Shown: positions 1-9,940 of the stretch, one piece after another
How the letters are laid out: every line of letters starts with the position of its first letter
How positions within the stretch are numbered: position 1 is the stretch's first letter
Origin: Gammaproteobacteria bacterium
Lineage (GTDB): Bacteria > Pseudomonadota > Gammaproteobacteria > VBWC01
Reading direction: 5' to 3'
DNA length: 64,000 bases
Assembly: GCA_023266115.1 (NCBI GenBank)
Contig: JAHFRU010000006.1
Location: 67,496 to 131,495, forward strand
The notes under the pieces: generated by a model
Database searches by the model: none
What the model saw: the letters and a program-made list of their open reading frames with translations, nothing else
Told to the model about the DNA's origin: nothing
Translations under genes and position numbers: made by a program

Positions 1-404
1 TCGACGAACGCGCCGATGTTGACGTAGGACGGCATCAGTACCACGCCGGGTGCAATATAGGAGCCGCGCCGGGCGGTGGCCGGCGGGACGACACGCACGC
101 CCTTGTCGCGGAAATCCCGTGAATTGTAATCCGCGAATTTCGACGCAACCTTGTCGTAGTAATTCGTGAAGCCACCCTTGATAAAACTGTTATCCTCGAT
201 CCGGAACGATAGCAGCACGGCTTTTTTGAGCCACTCGTTGACCACCCACTGGCCATTCTTCTTGTCGGCAACGCGCATTTTTCCGGACTCGAGCAGGTTG
301 ATGGCCTCCTGCACGGCATCCTTGACGTGGGTTTCAACGCTGCGCGGCGTTATTTCTGCCCGCCGCTGGAACGCGGTTTCGATAATCTCTTTCAGGTCAC
401 TCAT
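1..404 (-). CDS. dapD: 2,3,4,5-tetrahydropyridine-2,6-dicarboxylate N-succinyltransferase (N-terminal ~134 aa; C-terminus runs off the window start)
   Basis: The reverse-complement translation starts [20 protein letters not shown]...[18 protein letters not shown]...[30 protein letters not shown] and aligns along E. coli DapD. It is absent from the ORF track because it is truncated by the window edge. The ATG is complementary to about 402-404. Confidence 0.9.
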   Translation of the reverse strand, partial: MSDLKEIIETAFQRRAEITPRSVETHVKDAVQEAINLLESGKMRVADKKNGQWVVNEWLKKAVLLSFRIEDNSFIKGGFTNYYDKVASKFADYNSRDFRDKGVRVVPPATARRGSYIAPGVVLMPSYVNIGAFV

Positions 405-459
405 TCATTGCTCTCCCAAGCGCATTCCCGTGTCCGATATGCAGGCGGTGTTTGCAACA

Positions 460-525
460 TGTCGCTCACCATGGCGGCCCGGCGAAGGGGCGTAGTATAC
501 GGTATGCCGCCATGGCGGCAAACAC
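460..525. promoter_or_regulatory. Candidate operator cluster upstream of dapD: AT palindrome AGTATACGGTAT (494-505) flanked by two copies of CCATGGCGGC, the second inside a perfect 14-bp palindrome GCCGCCATGGCGGC (about 507-520)
   Basis: Read directly in the sequence. It lies about 90-100 bp upstream of the dapD start on the minus strand and just downstream of the rhomboid stop. The same 12-mer recurs upstream of aguA at 36764-36775. Confidence 0.25.
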
Positions 526-548
526 GACAAGAAATCCGCGACGCATAA

Positions 549-1193
549 TTACGCTGCGCCGGCGCCGTGCGACGAGCCTCGTCGTGTCAGCGCGATGAGC
601 AACAGCGCCAGCACGACGCCGGTCACTGCGCCATACAGATGCGCGTCTACCAGCACCGGCCCGCCGGCGGTTTCTTCCGAACCCGGCAGTGCGCCGTAAA
701 CCTGTTCCCACGCAAGCTTTGCGGCAATAAATACCAGCAATAGCCACTGAAAACGCTCGCCGGCCCGTATCGCCAGCAGGATGCCGCCCGCCAGCGCCGT
801 GTGCAGCACGCCGGACAGACCCACGTACCACTCGATAGACGGATTGAAAAGCAGGATGCCGATGCCGACGCCAACAGCTCCCACCAGTATCATCAGCAGC
901 CAGGTGCCGCTTTCGATCACGCGGATAAACAGGAACCACAACAGCAACAGACCGGCGAGGTTCAGCGACAGATGGCCCCAGCCGAAATGCACGATATTAC
1001 CGGTGACGATCCGCCATATCTCGCCATTGAGTATGGCGGTACGGTCGTAACGCAACCACTGTGACGCGGTCGGTTCGAGCAATCCCAGCGCCGCTATCAA
1101 CAGAGACAAGAGCAGCGGGACCGCGTGCGATCGCCAGAAGGCTGGACGCCGTGCTATCGCGGCTTTTCTGCCAAGGGATTGCTTTGTGACCAT
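549..1193 (-). CDS. Rhomboid-family intramembrane serine protease (short, ~214 aa; rhombosortase-like size)
   Basis: Rhomboid signatures are present. TM2 has WRIVTGNIVHFGWGHLSLNLAGLL (H..H...N). The catalytic motif is GLSGVLH (GxSG). A later helix has AHLYGAVTGVVLALL (AH..G...G). The protein is predicted polytopic. It sits between glnD and dapD. Confidence 0.75.
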   Translation of the reverse strand: MVTKQSLGRKAAIARRPAFWRSHAVPLLLSLLIAALGLLEPTASQWLRYDRTAILNGEIWRIVTGNIVHFGWGHLSLNLAGLLLLWFLFIRVIESGTWLLMILVGAVGVGIGILLFNPSIEWYVGLSGVLHTALAGGILLAIRAGERFQWLLLVFIAAKLAWEQVYGALPGSEETAGGPVLVDAHLYGAVTGVVLALLLIALTRRGSSHGAGAA

Positions 1194-1210
1194 CGGTCAA
1201 ACGGCCATGT

Positions 1211-3877
1211 TCATGGTGCGGGCCGGGTTTTATCCAGCAGTCCGGTTATGGCGTCCGTCAGGCAGCGAAACTGCGTGTCCTGTTGCAGCGGCTTTCCGGA
1301 TTTGTCGGTAATGTAAAACACATCCTCGACGTGTGCACCGATCGTCGCGACCTTGGCGTTCTGCAGTATCACCCCGCATGTCACCAGCGCCTCGCCAATC
1401 AGCGACAACAGTCCGGGCCGGTCCGATGCGACGAGGTCCATGATCGTACGCTGGTTACGCTCGTCACGCCCGAACGTGATTTCCGTCGGTACGGAAAAAT
1501 GTTTCATCTGGCGCGGCATGCGTATCGTCAGGGGCGGAAAATCGGCGATAGGTAACTGTAACCCCTTTTTGATCGCCGCGACGAGTTCCTGCGCCTGGTA
1601 CGTCGAAGCGACCGGCGTGCCATCGGTGTTGAGTACGATGAAGCTGTCCACGGCGAACCGGTTGTGCGTGGTGAGAATCCGCGCCTCGAGAATATTCAGA
1701 CCGTAGCGCGCGAGTATCCGGGTGGTCTTGGCGAATAGATAGTCCTGGTCGGGCGCGTAAATCAACACCTCGGAACCGCCGCGTTCCGGATGCTCGCGCA
1801 CCAGTATCAGGGGTAACGCGTGCGACGGGCACTTCAGTATCTCCTCCGTGTGCCAGGCGATTTCTTCGGCGGAATAACGCAGGAAATAATCTTCGCCGGC
1901 GTTCGCCCACAGCGTTTCGAATTCCGCCTTCTCGACATCCTGCCGGCGTAACAGCGCGCGCGCTGCCGCCTGGGTTTCCAGGATGAGTTCGGTTTTGTCG
2001 ACCGGCTGCTCCACGCCGCGTCGCAAGGCGCGGCGCGTAGCGGCGTACAGTTCCGCGAGCAGCGAATCTTTCCAGCCGTTCCACAGCGATGGATTGGTAG
2101 CCCGTATGTCGGCTACGGTGAGCATATACAGGTAGTCGAGGTGGGTCTCGTCGCCAACCACTCTGGCGAATTCGGCGATCACGTCCGGATCGCTGATGTC
2201 CTTGCGTTGCGCGGTTAGCGACATTTTCAGATGATTTTTGACCAGCCAGGCGACGAACCGCGCGTCGTACTGGCTCAGGCCATGATGCAGGCAGAACGCG
2301 ATCGCCTCCTGTGCGCCGAGATCCGAGTGATCGCCACCGCGGCCCTTGGCGATATCGTGAAACAGTCCGCCGAGATAGAGCACGTCCGGTTTCGGCAGGC
2401 GTTTCGCAACGTCGCTGCAAAGCGGGAACTCATGGGCGTATTCGGGAACGAAGAACCGGCGGATGTTGCGCAGCACGCGCAGCGTGTGTTCATCCACGGT
2501 ATAGACATGAAACAGGTCATACTGCATCTGTCCGACGATGCGGCCGAACGCGGGCCAGTAGGCCGCCAACACGCCGTAGCGGTTCATGCGACGCAATTCG
2601 TGCGTCACGCCACGCGGTTGGCGCAGTATCTCGATGAACAGGCTGCGGCTGGACAGATTATCGCGAAACGCGTCATCGATCAGATGATGATGTTCGCGGA
2701 TCAGGCGTATGGTTGACGCACGGACGCCTTTGAGTTCCTGGTGCTGCTCGAGCAGCAAAAAAATCTCCAGCAGTGCGAACGGGTAACGCCGGAACACGTT
2801 TTCCGCAGTCACTTCGACGAAGCCGTTGCGGGCCTGAAACCGTTTATTGATCGGCTGGATATCCACCGGCGCGTCGCTCTGCAGTATCGCCTCCTGAAAA
2901 AGTTGCAGCAGCATTTCGTTCAACCGGCTCAGCTCCAGCGTCGTGCGGTAAAAGTCCTTCATGAAATGCTCGACGGCGAGCCGGTGGTCCTTGTCGCTGT
3001 AGCCGAAACGCGCGGCGAGCGGTCGCTGGTAATCAAACAACAGGCGCTCCTCGCGCCGGCCACTCAACAGGTGCAGGGCGTAACGGATCTGCCACAGGAA
3101 ATTCTGACCGCTGATCAAAGTCTGAAACTCGTTCTCCGTCAGGAATCCCTGTGCCACCAGTTCATGCAGCGTGGTTGCGCCGGAGTGCCGTTTCAGTACC
3201 CAGCCGATCATCTGGATGTCGCGTAATCCGCCGGGTCCCTCTTTGATGTTCGGTTCCAGGTTGTAGGTGGTGTCATTATATTTGTGGTGACGCGCAATCT
3301 GTTCGCGCCACTTCGCCGCGAAGAATTCGCGGCTGGGCCATATGCTGTCGGGTGCCGTGGCGTCAACCATTTCGTCGTACAGCGCGCGCGGCCCCGTCAG
3401 AAGGCGCGATTCCATCAGGTTGGTGGCGATGGTAATGTCCGTGGCGGAGACATCGACGCAATGCGCGACCGAGCGGACGCTGTGACCGATGTTCAGCCCG
3501 ATGTCCCAGATAAACGTCAAAAAGCCCTCGATACAACGCCGCTGGGCGTCATCCAGCGTGGCCGGCGTCAACACCATCAGGTCAATATCGGAGTGCGGAT
3601 GCAGTTCGCCGCGTCCGTAGCCGCCGACGGCGACGAGTGCGATGTCATCGCAGCCGGCACCGTTTAGTCGGCCCCACGCCTGCAGCAGCAGCTGGTCTAT
3701 CAGTGCGGCGCGATGCCGCACCAAAACTGCCGCAGCAACTCCGGCGTCGAAGCGCTTTCCCAGGATCGTGTTGGCGTTGTCGAGTGCGCTGCGGAACGCG
3801 GCGATCGGCTCGCCCGACCCGGCCAGCGCCAGTTCCAGCGCGTGCAGATCGACCGGTGCGGAATCAGCAGGGATCAT
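1211..3877 (-). CDS. glnD: Bifunctional [protein-PII] uridylyltransferase / uridylyl-removing enzyme
   Basis: The 888-aa protein has an N-terminal nucleotidyltransferase motif (GGYGRGELHPHSDIDL), an HD domain and two C-terminal ACT-like regions. Its position between map and dapD is classic. Confidence 0.95.
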   Translation of the reverse strand: MIPADSAPVDLHALELALAGSGEPIAAFRSALDNANTILGKRFDAGVAAAVLVRHRAALIDQLLLQAWGRLNGAGCDDIALVAVGGYGRGELHPHSDIDLMVLTPATLDDAQRRCIEGFLTFIWDIGLNIGHSVRSVAHCVDVSATDITIATNLMESRLLTGPRALYDEMVDATAPDSIWPSREFFAAKWREQIARHHKYNDTTYNLEPNIKEGPGGLRDIQMIGWVLKRHSGATTLHELVAQGFLTENEFQTLISGQNFLWQIRYALHLLSGRREERLLFDYQRPLAARFGYSDKDHRLAVEHFMKDFYRTTLELSRLNEMLLQLFQEAILQSDAPVDIQPINKRFQARNGFVEVTAENVFRRYPFALLEIFLLLEQHQELKGVRASTIRLIREHHHLIDDAFRDNLSSRSLFIEILRQPRGVTHELRRMNRYGVLAAYWPAFGRIVGQMQYDLFHVYTVDEHTLRVLRNIRRFFVPEYAHEFPLCSDVAKRLPKPDVLYLGGLFHDIAKGRGGDHSDLGAQEAIAFCLHHGLSQYDARFVAWLVKNHLKMSLTAQRKDISDPDVIAEFARVVGDETHLDYLYMLTVADIRATNPSLWNGWKDSLLAELYAATRRALRRGVEQPVDKTELILETQAAARALLRRQDVEKAEFETLWANAGEDYFLRYSAEEIAWHTEEILKCPSHALPLILVREHPERGGSEVLIYAPDQDYLFAKTTRILARYGLNILEARILTTHNRFAVDSFIVLNTDGTPVASTYQAQELVAAIKKGLQLPIADFPPLTIRMPRQMKHFSVPTEITFGRDERNQRTIMDLVASDRPGLLSLIGEALVTCGVILQNAKVATIGAHVEDVFYITDKSGKPLQQDTQFRCLTDAITGLLDKTRPAP

Positions 3878-3918
3878 GGCGTTGCCCGATGGCCGTGCGG
3901 GAAACCGGCGAAACTGAA

Positions 3919-4686
3919 TCAGATGTCATCGCCGGGGAATTGCGTGAGGATCTCGTGGCCGCCGCCGGTGATCGCGATGGTATGCTCCCATTGCGCGGAA
4001 AGGCTGTGATCCTTGGTGACGACCGTCCACTGATCCGACAGCAGTTTGACGTGACGTTTGCCGGCGTTCACCATCGGCTCGATTGTAAACGCCATGCCCG
4101 GCTGCAACACAAGGCCGATGCCGGGCGTGCCGAAGTGCAGGACCTGCGGCTCTTCGTGAAATTGCAGGCCGATGCCGTGACCGCAGTATTCGCGCACCAC
4201 CGAGCAGTTATTGGCCTCGGCGTGACGCTGGATGGCGTGCCCGATATCACCAAGATGGGTTCCCGGTTTGGCAAGGTCGAGTCCGAGCATCAGGCACTCG
4301 TGGCTGATGCGGCAGATGCGCCGCGCCGCGATGGACGGTTCACCGACGAAAAACATCTTGCTGGTGTCGCCATGCCAGCCATCCTTGATGACGGTAATAT
4401 CGATGTTGACGATATCGCCGTCCTTGAGTTTGCGATTACCGGGTATGCCGTGACAGACCTGGTGATTGACCGAGGTGCAGATGGATTTCGGAAAGCCGCG
4501 GTAATTGAGCGGGGCGGGAATGGCGTGCTGTACCGTCACGATGTAATCATGGCAGCGCTGGTCAAGTTCTTCGGTGGAAACGCCGGGCAGGACATAGGGG
4601 CGAATCATGCGCAGTACGTCCGCGGCGAGATGGCCAGCGATACGCATTTTCGCGATTTCCTCGGGCGCCTTGATGAGGTTGGTCAT
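3919..4686 (-). CDS. map: Methionine aminopeptidase type I
   Basis: The 255-aa protein carries the MetAP-I metal-binding residues and motifs, including ...HGIPG... and ...EYCGHGIG...TIEPM.... It is divergent from rpsB as in most gammaproteobacteria. Confidence 0.95.
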   Translation of the reverse strand: MTNLIKAPEEIAKMRIAGHLAADVLRMIRPYVLPGVSTEELDQRCHDYIVTVQHAIPAPLNYRGFPKSICTSVNHQVCHGIPGNRKLKDGDIVNIDITVIKDGWHGDTSKMFFVGEPSIAARRICRISHECLMLGLDLAKPGTHLGDIGHAIQRHAEANNCSVVREYCGHGIGLQFHEEPQVLHFGTPGIGLVLQPGMAFTIEPMVNAGKRHVKLLSDQWTVVTKDHSLSAQWEHTIAITGGGHEILTQFPGDDI

Positions 4687-4727
4687 AAGTAAGTCCGGTG
4701 AGCGTTGTCCCCGCGCTTTTGGGCCCC

Positions 4728-4851
4728 GTATTGTACGGTTTGCAGGGGATGCCCGCCAATTCGTCGTCGTTTGGCGTCAATTTGGCCTAATTCATTGTCG
4801 TACCAAACTATTTATGTTATAAAGCGCGCGCCAAAAGCAGGTATTGTACGG
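4728..4851. repeat. Direct repeat of GTATTGTACGG(G/T) (4728-4738 and 4841-4851) in the map-rpsB divergent intergenic region; each copy sits in a partial CCCCGTA-TTG-TACGGGG dyad
   Basis: Seen in the sequence. It lies in a ~400-bp promoter/leader region. The function is unknown. Confidence 0.3.
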
Positions 4852-5085
4852 GGTAGTTTGACACTGCGGATTACGTCATGTGGTCTTTCGGCCGGTCGGA
4901 CGGTTCCCATTCATAACTTGCAGGCGGTTATACCGGTCAGTCCGGATAGCCAACACTAACGCCACACATGCGTCGTCACATAGATCCGGGTGCCTGGCAG
5001 GTTCCCTGGCGGCATTGCCGCCATATCCGCAGGTTGATTTATGGGATGCATGGAGGTTTAACCCTATATTGCAGGAGAGTTGCAT

Positions 5086-6006
5086 ATGGCTAACGTAACC
5101 ATGCGCCAGATGTTGGAAGCTGGCGTTCATTTCGGGCATCAGACCCGATTCTGGCATCCCAAGATGGCACCTTTTATCTACGGTGCCCGTAACAAGATTC
5201 ACATTATCAATCTGGAAACAACGTTGCCCCTGTATCAGGAAGCGATGAACTTTCTCGGCGGCCTCGCTGCCAACAAGGGCAAGATTCTGTTCGTCGGGAC
5301 CAAGCGTGCCGCGGAAGAAGTCATCGAACAGGAAGCGCAACGTTGTGGCATGCCCTATATCAATCACCGCTGGCTGGGCGGCTTGCTGACGAACTTCCAC
5401 ACCATCCGGCGCTCCGTCAAGCGCCTGAAGGAAATCGAGGCGATGGAAGAGGATGGCAGTATCAACCGGTTCAACAAGCGCGAAGGCCTGGATCTGCGGC
5501 GCGAGATGGCGAAGCTTAACAACAGCCTCGGCGGCATCAAGAACATGGATCGACTGCCGGACGCGTTGTTCGTGATCGACGTGGGCCATGAGAAAATCGC
5601 CGTGAGCGAGGCCGTCAAGCTGGGTATACCGGTCGTCGCGATCGTCGACACCAATAATCCGCCGGATAATATCGATTATGTAATCCCGGGTAACGATGAC
5701 GCGATGCGTGCGATCAAGCTGTATGTCGGCGGTGCAGCGGATACGATCCTCGAAGCGCGTTCGTCGGTGGGTCATCTGGGCAGTGGCGACGAGTTTGTCG
5801 AGCTGGACGACAGCGGTGCGATCGCCCTGACCGAGGCGCCGAAAAAGAAGGGATCGAAGACGGCCAAAAAGCCGGCGAAGAAAGTTGCAATCCAGACCAG
5901 GAAAGAGGCCACTGCTCGCAAGGCCGGACAAAAACCGGATGTCGAGACTGACGCCGCCGCGGCAGCCGGGACGGAAGACGCGGATATGGACGCGGTTGCA
6001 CAGTAA
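5086..6006 (+). CDS. rpsB: 30S ribosomal protein S2, with a Lys/Ala/Glu-rich C-terminal extension of about 65 aa
   Basis: The start was moved from the ORF-track TTG at 5080 to the ATG at 5086, which follows RBS CAGGAGAG. The translation [44 protein letters not shown] matches S2. The protein is 306 aa versus 241 in E. coli because of the tail ...[54 protein letters not shown]. Confidence 0.95.
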   Translation: MANVTMRQMLEAGVHFGHQTRFWHPKMAPFIYGARNKIHIINLETTLPLYQEAMNFLGGLAANKGKILFVGTKRAAEEVIEQEAQRCGMPYINHRWLGGLLTNFHTIRRSVKRLKEIEAMEEDGSINRFNKREGLDLRREMAKLNNSLGGIKNMDRLPDALFVIDVGHEKIAVSEAVKLGIPVVAIVDTNNPPDNIDYVIPGNDDAMRAIKLYVGGAADTILEARSSVGHLGSGDEFVELDDSGAIALTEAPKKKGSKTAKKPAKKVAIQTRKEATARKAGQKPDVETDAAAAAGTEDADMDAVAQ

Positions 6007-6042
6007 CGAGCTTGACGAGAGCAGGACGGAAGAGGAAACGAC

Positions 6043-6933
6043 ATGGCGATTGCAGCAGCGTTGGTTAAAGAACTGCGCGAGAGGACCGGCCTGGGCATGA
6101 TGGAGTGCAAGAAAGCCCTGGTTGAAACAGACGGTGATATTGAACTGGCAGCGGAGCACCTGCGCAAGGCGGGGCATGCCAAGGCAGACAAGAAAGCGGG
6201 GCGGATCGCGGCAGACGGACTTATCGTTATTGCCACTAGCGAAGATGGTCGCGAGGCGGCCATGGCCGAGATCAACAGCGAGACCGATTTCGTCGCGAAG
6301 AACGATGACTTCGTCCGGTTTGCGAATCAGGTGGCGCGGCGCGTGCTGGAGAAGCGGCCGGCGGATCTTGACGCCCTGCTGGCGATGCCGCTTGCCGCCG
6401 GTGACAGCAAGACCGTAAATACCGCTCGCCAGGAACTGATTGCCAAGCTCGGCGAAAATATCAACGTGCGCCGCATCGCCCGTCTGGGCAGTGGCAGCGG
6501 CTGCGTGGGCAGTTACTCCCACGGTTCTCGCATCGGCGTGTGCGTCAGCCTCGACAAAGATGATCCTGATCTTGCCAGGGATATTGCAATGCACGTTGCG
6601 GCGAGTCGTCCGGTCGCGATTTCGGCGGCCGATGTGCCGGCGGAGGTGATCGCCAAGGAACGTGAGATATATTTTGCGCAGGCCGCCGACAGCGGTAAGC
6701 CGGCCGACATTATTGAGAAGATGGTCAACGGCCGTGTGCAAAAGTTTCTGAAGGAAACAACGCTGCTCGGACAGTCCTTCGTCAAGGACCCCGATACCAC
6801 GATCGAGAAGCTGCTCAAGAAGTCCGGCGCGTCGGTCGCCGCGTTTGCTCGCTACGAGATTGGCGAGGGTATTGAGAAGAAAGAGGAGAATTTTGCTGCG
6901 GAGGTCATGGCGCAGGCACAAGGAGGCCGCTGA
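6043..6933 (+). CDS. tsf: Translation elongation factor Ts
   Basis: The N-terminal UBA-like motif [26 protein letters not shown] matches EF-Ts, and the gene follows rpsB. Confidence 0.95.
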   Translation: MAIAAALVKELRERTGLGMMECKKALVETDGDIELAAEHLRKAGHAKADKKAGRIAADGLIVIATSEDGREAAMAEINSETDFVAKNDDFVRFANQVARRVLEKRPADLDALLAMPLAAGDSKTVNTARQELIAKLGENINVRRIARLGSGSGCVGSYSHGSRIGVCVSLDKDDPDLARDIAMHVAASRPVAISAADVPAEVIAKEREIYFAQAADSGKPADIIEKMVNGRVQKFLKETTLLGQSFVKDPDTTIEKLLKKSGASVAAFARYEIGEGIEKKEENFAAEVMAQAQGGR

Positions 6934-7674
6934 ATGACACAGGCTCAAGGAACGCCCCGGTTCCAGCGCATCATGCTGAAGTTGAGCGGGGAAGTGTTGA
7001 TGGGCGAGGGCGAGTCCGGCATTAACGCCATCGCCATCAATCGGCTGGCGGCGGAAGTCGCCGAGGTGGTCCGGTCCGGCGTGCAGGTTGGCATGGTGAT
7101 CGGTGCCGGCAACATTTGTCGCGGCTCGTGGCTGGCGGCATCCGGTATGGATCGGGTTACCGCTGATCATATGGGAATGCTCGCGACCGTGGTCAACGCC
7201 CTCGCGATGCAGGATGCGCTGGAGCATCAGGGTATTTATACGCGCGTCATGTCGGCTATCCAGGTGAACGAGATCTGCGAAAGTTACATACGGCGTCGCG
7301 CTATACGGCATCTCGAAAAAGGTCGCGTGGTGATCTGTGCCGCGGGTACCGGCAACCCGTTTTTTACCACCGATTCGGCGGCCAGCCTGCGGGCGATCGA
7401 GGTCGGCGCGGACATCGTACTGAAGGCGACGAAGGTGGATGGCGTTTATTCATCCGACCCGGTGCGTAATGCCGACGCCGTGCGGTATACCCACCTGACT
7501 TACGACGAAGTGTTAACCCGCAAGCTCGAAGTCATGGACGCGACGGCGATCGTGTTGTGCCGGGATCACGGCATCCCTTTGCGTATTTTCAACGTTAACA
7601 AGCCTGGCGCGATGATGCGGGCGGTGACGGAGGACGACGAAGGAACCCTCGTTACGGGAGATGCGACGGCATGA
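6934..7674 (+). CDS. pyrH: UMP kinase
   Basis: The sequence [10 protein letters not shown]...[14 protein letters not shown]...[10 protein letters not shown] belongs to the amino-acid kinase family. It sits in the tsf-pyrH-frr order. Confidence 0.95.
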   Translation: MTQAQGTPRFQRIMLKLSGEVLMGEGESGINAIAINRLAAEVAEVVRSGVQVGMVIGAGNICRGSWLAASGMDRVTADHMGMLATVVNALAMQDALEHQGIYTRVMSAIQVNEICESYIRRRAIRHLEKGRVVICAAGTGNPFFTTDSAASLRAIEVGADIVLKATKVDGVYSSDPVRNADAVRYTHLTYDEVLTRKLEVMDATAIVLCRDHGIPLRIFNVNKPGAMMRAVTEDDEGTLVTGDATA

Positions 7675-8228
7675 TAGAGAATATCAAGAAAGACGCGACC
7701 AGCCGGATGGGCAAATCCATCGAATCGCTGAAAGAGGATTTGATGAAGTTGCGTACCGGCCGTGCGCACACCAGCCTGCTCGATCACATTACCGTTTCGT
7801 ACTACGGCAACGACGTGCCATTGAATCAGGTGGCCAACGTCAACATCGCCGACGCGCGCATGCTGACCGTCACCGTATGGGAAAAAAGCATGGTGCAGAC
7901 CGTCGAGAAAGCGATCCTGACCTCGGACCTCGGGCTGAACCCGGCGACGTCGGGCAACGTGTTGCGTATCAGCCTGCCGGCGCTTACCGAAGAGCGCCGC
8001 CGTGATATGACGAAGATCGTCCGGAATGAGGGCGAGGGTGCGCGTGTCGCGATCCGGAATATCCGTCGGGATGCCAATAACAGCCTCAAGGCGCTGTTGA
8101 AGGAAAAAAAGATTGCTGAGGACGATGAGCGTCGTGCCCAGGAAGAAGTTCAGAAGCTGACCGACAAGTACATTGCCCAGGTGGACAGGATCCTGGCGGA
8201 CAAGGAAGCGGAGTTGATGGAAATCTGA
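7671..8228 (+). CDS. frr: Ribosome recycling factor
   Basis: The 185-aa protein begins [33 protein letters not shown]..., which is RRF. It shows a 4-nt overlap with pyrH. Confidence 0.95.
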   Translation: MIENIKKDATSRMGKSIESLKEDLMKLRTGRAHTSLLDHITVSYYGNDVPLNQVANVNIADARMLTVTVWEKSMVQTVEKAILTSDLGLNPATSGNVLRISLPALTEERRRDMTKIVRNEGEGARVAIRNIRRDANNSLKALLKEKKIAEDDERRAQEEVQKLTDKYIAQVDRILADKEAELMEI

Positions 8229-8325
8229 CATCCCGCCGCCGCGATCTTGTTTCCCGCTTCCGGCACCTACAGGCCGATGTTTTCCAAATATTGATTGATG
8301 CTTAGCAATTGTTGTCCGGACGCCA

Positions 8326-9093
8326 ATGTTGCACAAACCATCACAGTCCGATCCGTCCGACCCGAATGAAGTGATCCCGCGACACGTTGCGATTATCATG
8401 GATGGCAACGGGCGGTGGGCGAAGAAGCGCAACATGCCGCGCATCGCCGGCCATCGTGCGGGCGTCGAGGCCGCCCGCAAAATCGTGCAGGCCTGTGGCA
8501 AGAAAGGCGTCGAAGTGCTGACCCTGTTCGCGTTCAGCAGCGAAAACTGGCGCCGTCCGGCAACGGAAGTATCTCTGCTGATGGAGCTGTTTTTGACCGC
8601 ATTGCGCCGGGAATCCAAGAAGCTTGATAAGAACAATGCACGATTGATGGTGATCGGTGATCGTGCCGCGTTCGCGCCCAAGCTGCAACAGGAAATCGCC
8701 CGTGCCGAGGCGTTGACCGGCGATAACACCGGTTTGACGATCGCCATCGCTGCCAATTACGGCGGGCGCTGGGATATCGTGCAGGCCGCGCAGAAGCTCG
8801 TCCGCAAAATCCAGTCCGGCGAACTGGCGGCGGAGCAAGTCACCGAACAAAGCATCGATGCCGAACTGGCGATGTACGGCTTTCCCGAGCCGGATCTGTT
8901 CATCCGCTCCGGCGGCGAACAGCGTATCAGCAATTTTCTGCTGTGGCAGCTCGCCTATACCGAGCTCTATTTCACCGATATCCTGTGGCCTGATTTCGAC
9001 GTTGCGGTACTGGACAACGCGTTTTCGTCCTATGCCAATCGCCAGCGCCGGTATGGGCGAACCGGCGACCAGGTGCAGGTCAAAGGTGCTTAG
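8326..9093 (+). CDS. uppS: Ditrans,polycis-undecaprenyl-diphosphate synthase
   Basis: The motifs [19 protein letters not shown] and [11 protein letters not shown] are cis-prenyltransferase motifs. Confidence 0.95.
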   Translation: MLHKPSQSDPSDPNEVIPRHVAIIMDGNGRWAKKRNMPRIAGHRAGVEAARKIVQACGKKGVEVLTLFAFSSENWRRPATEVSLLMELFLTALRRESKKLDKNNARLMVIGDRAAFAPKLQQEIARAEALTGDNTGLTIAIAANYGGRWDIVQAAQKLVRKIQSGELAAEQVTEQSIDAELAMYGFPEPDLFIRSGGEQRISNFLLWQLAYTELYFTDILWPDFDVAVLDNAFSSYANRQRRYGRTGDQVQVKGA

Positions 9094-9940
9094 GCAACGC
9101 CTGATTACCGCGGCGATTCTTGTTCCGCTGGTGTTCTGGTGGGTACTGGGTGCATCGACGCAGTGGTTTTCACTGATACTCGCTGGCCTGGTGATGCTTG
9201 GCGCGTGGGAATGGAGCGGTCTGGCCGGCATGCAATATACCGTCGCACGGGTCGTATACATTGCTGTAGTGCTGGCGTGCATAGTCGGCAGCGCGTCGCT
9301 CTCGCTCGATCACTCTCGATTTGTCGTTGGCCTGGCCGTACTCTGGTGGTGCGCGGCGACCGTGCAGATTTATCGTTACAATCAGCAGCCGATGCTGAAC
9401 CTGACGGGTGCGTCAGCGGTCATAGTTTCGGGTGCCCGACGTGATCTGCTATCCAGAACCGGTGCCGGCGTATGGGTTCTGGTGCCGGCGTGGCTGGCGC
9501 TATCCATTATTCACAGTGCGCACGGCGCCGGGTACGTATTGTTTTTGATGCTGCTGGTGTGGGCGGCGGACACCGGCGCCTACTTTGTCGGCAAAAAATG
9601 GGGCAGGCGCAAGCTGGCGGTTAACGTCAGCCCGGGCAAGACGTGGGAGGGTGTTGGTGGGGGATTCGGGTTGGTGCTGCCGTTCGCCGCGGGTGGCGGA
9701 TGGTATTTCGGGGTCACCGGTGCGACGCACTTGCTGTTGTTCGTCGTGCTGTGTGCGATTACCGTGATTTTTTGCATCGTGGGTGATTTGTTCGAGAGCA
9801 TGTACAAGCGTCAGGCCGGAGTAAAGGACAGCGGGCGTCTGTTGCCCGGGCACGGTGGCATACTGGATCGTATTGACAGTCTTACCGCGGCGTCACCGGT
9901 GTTCGCGGCCGGACTATGGGCGCTGGAGGCGTTGGCGTGA
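9086..9940 (+). CDS. cdsA: Phosphatidate cytidylyltransferase (CDP-diglyceride synthase)
   Basis: The ORF-track start at 8858 overlaps uppS. The plausible start is the GTG at 9086, which overlaps the uppS stop. The protein is polytopic and carries the C-terminal CTP-transferase signature ...[10 protein letters not shown]...[33 protein letters not shown]. Confidence 0.9.
   Translation: MLRQRLITAAILVPLVFWWVLGASTQWFSLILAGLVMLGAWEWSGLAGMQYTVARVVYIAVVLACIVGSASLSLDHSRFVVGLAVLWWCAATVQIYRYNQQPMLNLTGASAVIVSGARRDLLSRTGAGVWVLVPAWLALSIIHSAHGAGYVLFLMLLVWAADTGAYFVGKKWGRRKLAVNVSPGKTWEGVGGGFGLVLPFAAGGGWYFGVTGATHLLLFVVLCAITVIFCIVGDLFESMYKRQAGVKDSGRLLPGHGGILDRIDSLTAASPVFAAGLWALEALA

Noticed and set aside
327-548. 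A 73-aa plus-strand ORF and the embedded 24-codon ORF MAARRRGVVYGMPPWRQTRQEIRDA covering the dapD upstream repeats.
   Set aside because: The composition is poor, there is no RBS, and it overlaps the dapD 5' end in antisense. The repeats are more plausibly regulatory DNA.
4876-7311. An 811-aa minus-strand ORF spanning rpsB, tsf and pyrH.
   Set aside because: It is antisense to three highly conserved genes and its translation is Arg/Ala/Gly-rich low-complexity sequence. It is a typical stop-codon-poor antisense frame in high-GC DNA.
8858-9085. The extended cdsA start overlapping uppS by ~230 nt, and similar over-long track starts for fabZ (16398), pyrG (25542), ftsB (29246), truD (30811), gmd (50146), fcl (51258), vanZ (47301) and mtnA (59681).
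   Set aside because: Homology-based N-terminal alignment and start-codon/RBS context place the starts downstream. The upstream extensions lie inside the preceding gene.
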